From the NCBI GenBank assembly GCA_016783675.1, contig JADHWE010000005.1, forward strand, positions 2,878-66,877: a stretch of DNA of 64,000 nucleotides, written 5' to 3'. The notes under the pieces are model-generated. The model was not told the DNA's origin. It saw only the letters and a list, made by a program, of their open reading frames with translations, and did no database searches. The translations under genes and the position numbers were made by a program. Below, in pieces: positions 59,152 to 64,000 of the stretch; position 1 is the first letter of the stretch, and each line of letters starts with the position of its first letter. This DNA comes from Kiritimatiellia bacterium (GTDB taxonomy: Bacteria; Verrucomicrobiota; Kiritimatiellia; UBA8416; JABMPJ01).

Positions 59152-60270
59152 ATGACGATGGCTGTGCAATCACCGCCCCGTGAGCGCGCCTTGCTGGTGC
59201 AGGTGGTGCTGGGACACCGCGATCGGCAGGAGGCGGAGGACTCGCTGGCCGAGCTGGAGCGCCTGGCCGACACCGTGGGCGCGGATGTGGTCGGTCGCAT
59301 CACGCAGCGGCGCTCGCGTCCAACCGCCGGACTTTTCATCGGTGAAGGCAAGCTGGCCGATATCCAGCTCGCCTGTCGCGAGAGCGGGGCCGGGCTCATT
59401 ATCTTTGACAACGATCTCAGCGCCGTGCAGGTCAACAACCTGGACCTGGCGCTGGGCATCAAGGTGATCGATCGCACCGAGGTCATTCTCCAGATCTTCG
59501 CCCGGCGTGCGCAGTCGGCCGAGGCGAAGGTGCAGGTTGAGCTTGCGCAACTCGAGTACCTGGTCTCACGCATACCCATCTCACGCAAGCAGCAGCGTTT
59601 CCAGGGCGGCATCGGCATGCGTGGACCCGGGGAGAGTCCGCTCCAACTGCGTAACGCCCCGATGCGGCGGCGTATCAGCGATCTCAAGCGGCGGCTTGAT
59701 CGCATCGGTAAGCGGCGGGCAAGCGTCCGCAAACGTCGTCCCTGGCCGCTCGTATCGCTGGTGGGCTACACCAATGCCGGCAAGTCAACGCTCCTCAATG
59801 CGTTCACGCGGGCGGATGCCTACGTGGATGACCGGCTCTTCGCAACGCTGGACACAAAGACGCGCCTCGTCCACGTGCCCGGCAACCGCAACGTCCTCCT
59901 GACCGATACGGTTGGGTTTATCCGGCACCTGCCGCACGGACTTGTGGCCTCCTTCCGCTCCACGCTCGATGTAGCGCGCGAGGCGGATCTGCTCCTGCTC
60001 GTGGCCGACGCCTCCAATCCGGGCATCATAGCCCACATCAAGGTGGTGCACGAAACGCTGGAAGAGATCGGGGCCAAAGACGTGCCCTACCTGCTGGTGT
60101 TGAACAAGAGCGATGCCGCCTCGCAGGATCAACTGGACAGCCTATGTACGACATACCATGATGCGGTGGTGGTGTCGGCCCGACAAAGCAAAGGACTCGA
60201 TATCCTGAAGGACCGTGTAGTGGAGGCCCTTCTCGCCCACGATGTCCACTTCCCCGGGAGAGAACACTGA
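59152..60270 (+). CDS. hflX: GTPase HflX
   Basis: 372 aa. HflX N-domain (LAELERLADTVGADVVG...FIGEGKLADI), G-motifs GYTNAGKSTLLN, DTVGFI and NKSD. Confidence 0.93.
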   Translation: MTMAVQSPPRERALLVQVVLGHRDRQEAEDSLAELERLADTVGADVVGRITQRRSRPTAGLFIGEGKLADIQLACRESGAGLIIFDNDLSAVQVNNLDLALGIKVIDRTEVILQIFARRAQSAEAKVQVELAQLEYLVSRIPISRKQQRFQGGIGMRGPGESPLQLRNAPMRRRISDLKRRLDRIGKRRASVRKRRPWPLVSLVGYTNAGKSTLLNAFTRADAYVDDRLFATLDTKTRLVHVPGNRNVLLTDTVGFIRHLPHGLVASFRSTLDVAREADLLLLVADASNPGIIAHIKVVHETLEEIGAKDVPYLLVLNKSDAASQDQLDSLCTTYHDAVVVSARQSKGLDILKDRVVEALLAHDVHFPGREH

Positions 60271-60272
60271 GT

Positions 60273-60974
60273 ATGCTCTACGTTGTTGCCACGCCAATCG
60301 GAAATCTCGATGACATGAGCCGCCGCGGGGTCAATGCGCTCATGGAGGCCGACGTTGTGGCCTGTGAAGACACGCGGCGCACGCGCATCCTGCTGCAACA
60401 TTTCAACATCCCCCGCCCCGCCGAGCTCATCTCCTACCGCGAAGGCAATGAGCAGCGCGCCGGACAGCGACTGCTGCGTGCCCTGGAAGACGGGCTGACC
60501 GTAGCGCTCTGCTCCGATGGTGGAATGCCCGGTATCAGTGATCCCGGCTATCGGCTTGTCTCGCTGGCTGTGGAGCGCGACTTGGAGCTCCAGGTGATTC
60601 CGGGCGCCTCCGCCGTGCCGGTGGCACTCGTTGTGTCCGGGCTCTCCACCTCGAGTTATACGTTCAAGGGGTTCCCCCCGCGCAAGGCCGGGGCGCTGAA
60701 ACGCTTTTTCGAGTCGGAGCGCGACCTGCCGCACACGCTGGTGTTGTTTGAATCACCATTTCGAGTCGGTAAATGTCTCGCCGCGGCCCTTGAGGTGCTG
60801 GGCGACCGCAAGGCCGCCGTCTGCATCGAACTCACCAAGAAGTTCGAGCGGGTGTCGCGCGGGTACCTGGCCGAACTTGCCGAGGAGTTTGCCGAGGGCA
60901 AAGTCAAAGGTGAAGTCACCATCGTCATTGCCGGCAACAACCCCAAGTTCGCGCGTCCTGACACTGAACACTGA
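60273..60974 (+). CDS. rsmI: 16S rRNA (cytidine1402-2'-O)-methyltransferase
   Basis: 233 aa. [19 protein letters not shown]...[12 protein letters not shown] and [12 protein letters not shown] tetrapyrrole-methylase-fold motifs. Confidence 0.93.
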   Translation: MLYVVATPIGNLDDMSRRGVNALMEADVVACEDTRRTRILLQHFNIPRPAELISYREGNEQRAGQRLLRALEDGLTVALCSDGGMPGISDPGYRLVSLAVERDLELQVIPGASAVPVALVVSGLSTSSYTFKGFPPRKAGALKRFFESERDLPHTLVLFESPFRVGKCLAAALEVLGDRKAAVCIELTKKFERVSRGYLAELAEEFAEGKVKGEVTIVIAGNNPKFARPDTEH

Positions 60975-60991
60975 ACACGGAATACTCGGCA
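60957..60991. repeat. Heptanucleotide tandem tract (CTGAACA-type) spanning the rsmI stop codon
   Basis: CCTGACA CTGAACA CTGAACA CGGAATA CTCGGCA. The rsmI C-terminus RPDTEH and its TGA are encoded by the tract. Confidence 0.7.
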
Positions 60992-61005
60992 AGGAGAACG
61001 CTGTC

Positions 61006-61485
61006 GTGAAAGCAATAGTCTGTATGAGTCTGTTGGCGATACTGGTGTCATGCCGCCAGGCGGCAGTTGTTGAGAAAGAGGAGGCGCCCATGTGCGGGAA
61101 GAGCGAGAAGACCGACGCGGAATGGAAAGCCGAACTGACCCCCATGCAGTATCGGGTATTGCGCAAGGCAGGTACCGAGCGGGCCGGGACCGGGGAACTT
61201 CTGCATAACAAGCGGACCGGCACCTACACCTGCGCCGGTTGCGGGGCCGACCTGTTTGCGTCTGACGAGAAGTACGATTCCGGCTGCGGATGGCCCAGCT
61301 TCTGGAAGACCTCGCACGCGTCCAACGTGGCTGAGCGCGTCGACAACGGCCACGGCATGCGGCGCACCGAGGTGCTCTGTTCCAACTGCGGCGGCCACCT
61401 CGGCCACGTCTTCGAAGATGGCCCCCAACCCACCGGCCAACGCTTCTGCATCAACTCCGCCAGCTTGGGTTTTGAGGAAGAGTAA
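61006..61485 (+). CDS. msrB: Peptide-methionine (R)-S-oxide reductase MsrB, probably a lipoprotein
   Basis: The track ORF starts at 60748, inside rsmI. The GTG at 61006 follows AAGGAG and gives [16 protein letters not shown] (lipobox-like). [34 protein letters not shown]. Confidence 0.9.
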   Translation: MKAIVCMSLLAILVSCRQAAVVEKEEAPMCGKSEKTDAEWKAELTPMQYRVLRKAGTERAGTGELLHNKRTGTYTCAGCGADLFASDEKYDSGCGWPSFWKTSHASNVAERVDNGHGMRRTEVLCSNCGGHLGHVFEDGPQPTGQRFCINSASLGFEEE

Positions 61486-61495
61486 TCTCGTCTGA

Positions 61496-64000
61496 CTACT
61501 CTTTCTCCCTCAGCTCAACGAGGATCGTTCGGACCGACGGGTGTTGGAGTTGCTGGTGTAGGTCGAGGAGAACGGGGTAGGCTTCGGGGCGGATGACGGC
61601 GGGGTTGAGGTCTACCTCCTGCGTGAGCGTCAGGTGGTGCGGGTCTTCGGTCGGCTGTTGATCGAAGTGGATGGTGCCCAGGCCATTGGGACCTTCCCAG
61701 GCGATTTCCGGCGGCAGAAGATGAACCTGCCGGGTGGTGGGCGGAAGTTTCACGTCGAAGCGCACGGTTGCACGCTCGGGGCTGCCCCGGTAGAAAGCGC
61801 TGTCGCGGGTGTCGGTGTTGAGCCTTAGAATGCTTCCCATACCGATAGGCAGCGTGACGTAGAGGTAGTTTCCATCGCGCACGGCGTAACGCGGAATGTC
61901 GACGGTGAAGGAGCGGAAGCCCGGGTAGGTGTCGAAATCGGTGTCGAGATCGCCCTGCGCCTTGGCCGACTGTGAGATCGAGGCCACCAGCTCCATGAAA
62001 TGGCGCCGCCGCTCTTCGGGCGGCATCTCTTCGTACATGCGCCGGGTCGCACCGAATGCCATGCCGTAGTAAGCGCGCGTGGCGGTGAGCTGTGCATTGC
62101 CATTGGCCTCCAGCTCGAGTAGGAAGTCTGCGCGGGCCCGATCGGTCATTGAGCGAGGCGGCTCGATCACGATGAGTTGTCCCTCCAGGTCGAGCGCCGG
62201 GTGTCCTTCAAACGGGGTGCTCCCAAGCTGGGCATAGTGATCGGTCTCGTTCAGGTAGATCGGGCGCCTGCCGTCCATCACCCGGACCAGCAGGTGTGTA
62301 AACAGACCGCGCTGCGGAGTCTCGCGCAGGTCCCGGGTCAGCGTCTCCATGCGGGGCGCCCACGACGAGGCCAGGACGTACTCGGATGTGATACCGGCGG
62401 CCTTCAGCATAACCGCCAGCACGATGGCCCGGTCGGTGGTGTTGCCGTACCCGTCCGCGAGCGTGGTGTCGGCCGGGGTGATCGCGTCCGATGGCAACGC
62501 AGTGAACCAGGGCCCTGCGCTGCGAACGTTGCGGGCCACGAAATCGCGGATGGTCCGGACCTTCTCGACCTCGTTACTGCAGGTGGCGGTCAGCTCACGT
62601 GCCTTCAGCTCACAATTTGGCGCGTTGGTCATAGCCGCGCTAAGCTGTACATCGACCTCGGCCGCATAGTCTTCCCATGTGCCTGCCGACAGGACCAACG
62701 TGGGCAGAAAAGTCCACTGTGGCGGCAGGTTGCCTTCTGGTTTGATCGCGGGCTGAGGGCCGATTCGCCAGGAATGCGTTGTGATTCCGTCCGCAGTGTT
62801 AACCTGGTAATCGTCGCTACCTGTATGGTCGGCAACAGTGAGCACCAGGCTCGTGGGAACTGAGACAGTGACTGACGCGCCATCAACAGGATCGAAGCCC
62901 CGGAAGGTCTTCCGTAGCGAGAAGAAAGGTTTTCCTCGTACTTCGCTTACGGTCTCATAGGTAATAACACTGCCCTCTTCAACGCCGGGAAGGCTCACGA
63001 CGAGCGTGCGCTCCGGCGGGTAGCGAGGCGCACCGCCCACCCAGCCGGCATCCATCACGTTCATCTCGTCTTCAACCACGCTGTGGACCGAACCATCCGG
63101 GTTCACAACGCGCGCGGACGCCAGCTCAACGGTTTCCCAGGCCGGGTTGAATCCGAGCTTCAGTTCGGAGTGATCTTTCTTGCCCGCATACGTTACGACC
63201 TGTTTCGAAAGCTTGCGATGGGTGGTCCAGTGCGAGGCGTCCTTGAGTTCCACAACAAGGTCATCTGCCAGAACCCGTATATCGTTCTCGGGTTCCCCGG
63301 CTTCTGAATCGATAAACATGACCCGCTTGCGCTGTTCGTACTCGCGATCCTTAAGAAGCTGCTTCAGGTCGAGGTAGGCCTCGGGCGAGAACTCCACGGA
63401 ATCAACCATGAAGGACGCCGAAGCGTGGAGCTCGTTGTTTGTTACGCTGAATGCTTGTCCGTAACGCAGGCCCTCGGTTGATAGCGTAGAGGCTGCGGGC
63501 GTGGCCGCCTGCCTGGCAAGGACCGGGTCCATTGCGACCGTGAAGGATTCCTCCACCCCGGCCGTCAGCCGCGTGTAGAGCGGGTACTTGCGCTCGTCGA
63601 GCCCGGTGCTTCCGAGCAGGTAGTTCGCATAGCCAAGGCTATCGCTCAGCCACGGCACCGCGAGCATGGTATGGCTGTCCCCGCGGATCGGGTAGTCGGC
63701 CGCCTCGTAGTCGAGGGCGACGACCAGCGGCTGGGTGGTATCGAGCATGTTGGGCGGGGTGATCGTGAGGCCGGTGAGCTTGGCACCGGCGACGCGTCGC
63801 TTGAGATGGCCCTCAAAAAACTGCCGGCGTTCTTCCGGCTTCAGCCGGGTGAAGTGACTGCGGTATGCGTTGTCGTTGATGCCGCTGAATGTCAGGCGGC
63901 TGGACAGGGCCAGGTGGCCGCCGGCGCCCAGCTTACCCGTCGTATTGATCGAGAGGAGATTCTCGGAGGCCGGTACCACCGGCGAGGTGCGCAACCCCTC
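61496..64000 (-). CDS. Large DUF3857 / transglutaminase-like / DUF3858-type protein; N-terminus lies beyond the right window edge
   Basis: ORF is open to the window end (the track starts at the first in-window Met, 63994). The segment DGYGNTTDRAIVLAVMLKAAGITSEYVLAS...THLLVRV...NETD resembles a transglutaminase core, but with Asn where the Cys nucleophile is expected. Confidence 0.6.
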   Translation of the reverse strand, partial: EGLRTSPVVPASENLLSINTTGKLGAGGHLALSSRLTFSGINDNAYRSHFTRLKPEERRQFFEGHLKRRVAGAKLTGLTITPPNMLDTTQPLVVALDYEAADYPIRGDSHTMLAVPWLSDSLGYANYLLGSTGLDERKYPLYTRLTAGVEESFTVAMDPVLARQAATPAASTLSTEGLRYGQAFSVTNNELHASASFMVDSVEFSPEAYLDLKQLLKDREYEQRKRVMFIDSEAGEPENDIRVLADDLVVELKDASHWTTHRKLSKQVVTYAGKKDHSELKLGFNPAWETVELASARVVNPDGSVHSVVEDEMNVMDAGWVGGAPRYPPERTLVVSLPGVEEGSVITYETVSEVRGKPFFSLRKTFRGFDPVDGASVTVSVPTSLVLTVADHTGSDDYQVNTADGITTHSWRIGPQPAIKPEGNLPPQWTFLPTLVLSAGTWEDYAAEVDVQLSAAMTNAPNCELKARELTATCSNEVEKVRTIRDFVARNVRSAGPWFTALPSDAITPADTTLADGYGNTTDRAIVLAVMLKAAGITSEYVLASSWAPRMETLTRDLRETPQRGLFTHLLVRVMDGRRPIYLNETDHYAQLGSTPFEGHPALDLEGQLIVIEPPRSMTDRARADFLLELEANGNAQLTATRAYYGMAFGATRRMYEEMPPEERRRHFMELVASISQSAKAQGDLDTDFDTYPGFRSFTVDIPRYAVRDGNYLYVTLPIGMGSILRLNTDTRDSAFYRGSPERATVRFDVKLPPTTRQVHLLPPEIAWEGPNGLGTIHFDQQPTEDPHHLTLTQEVDLNPAVIRPEAYPVLLDLHQQLQHPSVRTILVELREKE

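Overview
GC-rich bacterial chromosomal segment centred on the dnaA-dnaN replication-origin locus. I call 46 protein genes and 2 tRNAs (Gln-CTG, Asn-GTT). I saw no rRNA, CRISPR array, cas gene, transposase, integrase or phage gene. Housekeeping genes are recognisable from motifs: ppdK, tkt, murA, dnaA, dnaN, alr, mnmG, mnmE, pdxB, lon, apt, hflX, rsmI, msrB and an HU protein. The supplied ORF track only lists ORFs that have a stop codon inside the window. It therefore misses an 897-codon reverse-strand ORF running off the left edge (1-2692, alpha-2-macroglobulin-like), which I verified triplet by triplet. The track also starts several genes too far upstream and counts GTG and TTG as starts; I re-set those starts using overlaps, RBS-like sequences and conserved N-termini. 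Accessory content worth a second look: (1) a tightly coupled five-gene ebo-type cluster (eboB-C-F-D-E, product unknown) with a divergent O-methyltransferase; (2) an in-frame insertion of about 200 nt in mnmG carrying two perfect palindromic parS-like sites; (3) a protease island with two divergently oriented multidomain S8 subtilases (about 1860 and 1311 aa) and an omptin-family outer-membrane protease; (4) a 126-129 bp MITE/REP-like palindromic element present twice; (5) many short tracts with 7-nt periodicity at gene boundaries and in-frame inside pdxB and mnmG; (6) a two-component system flanked by the A2M-like gene and a divergent operon with TGTAAC direct repeats; (7) an orphan PP2C/STAS partner-switching pair. 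Domain architectures and repeat style hint at the PVC superphylum, but that is a weak inference. All family assignments are from reading motifs by eye; no database search was run.
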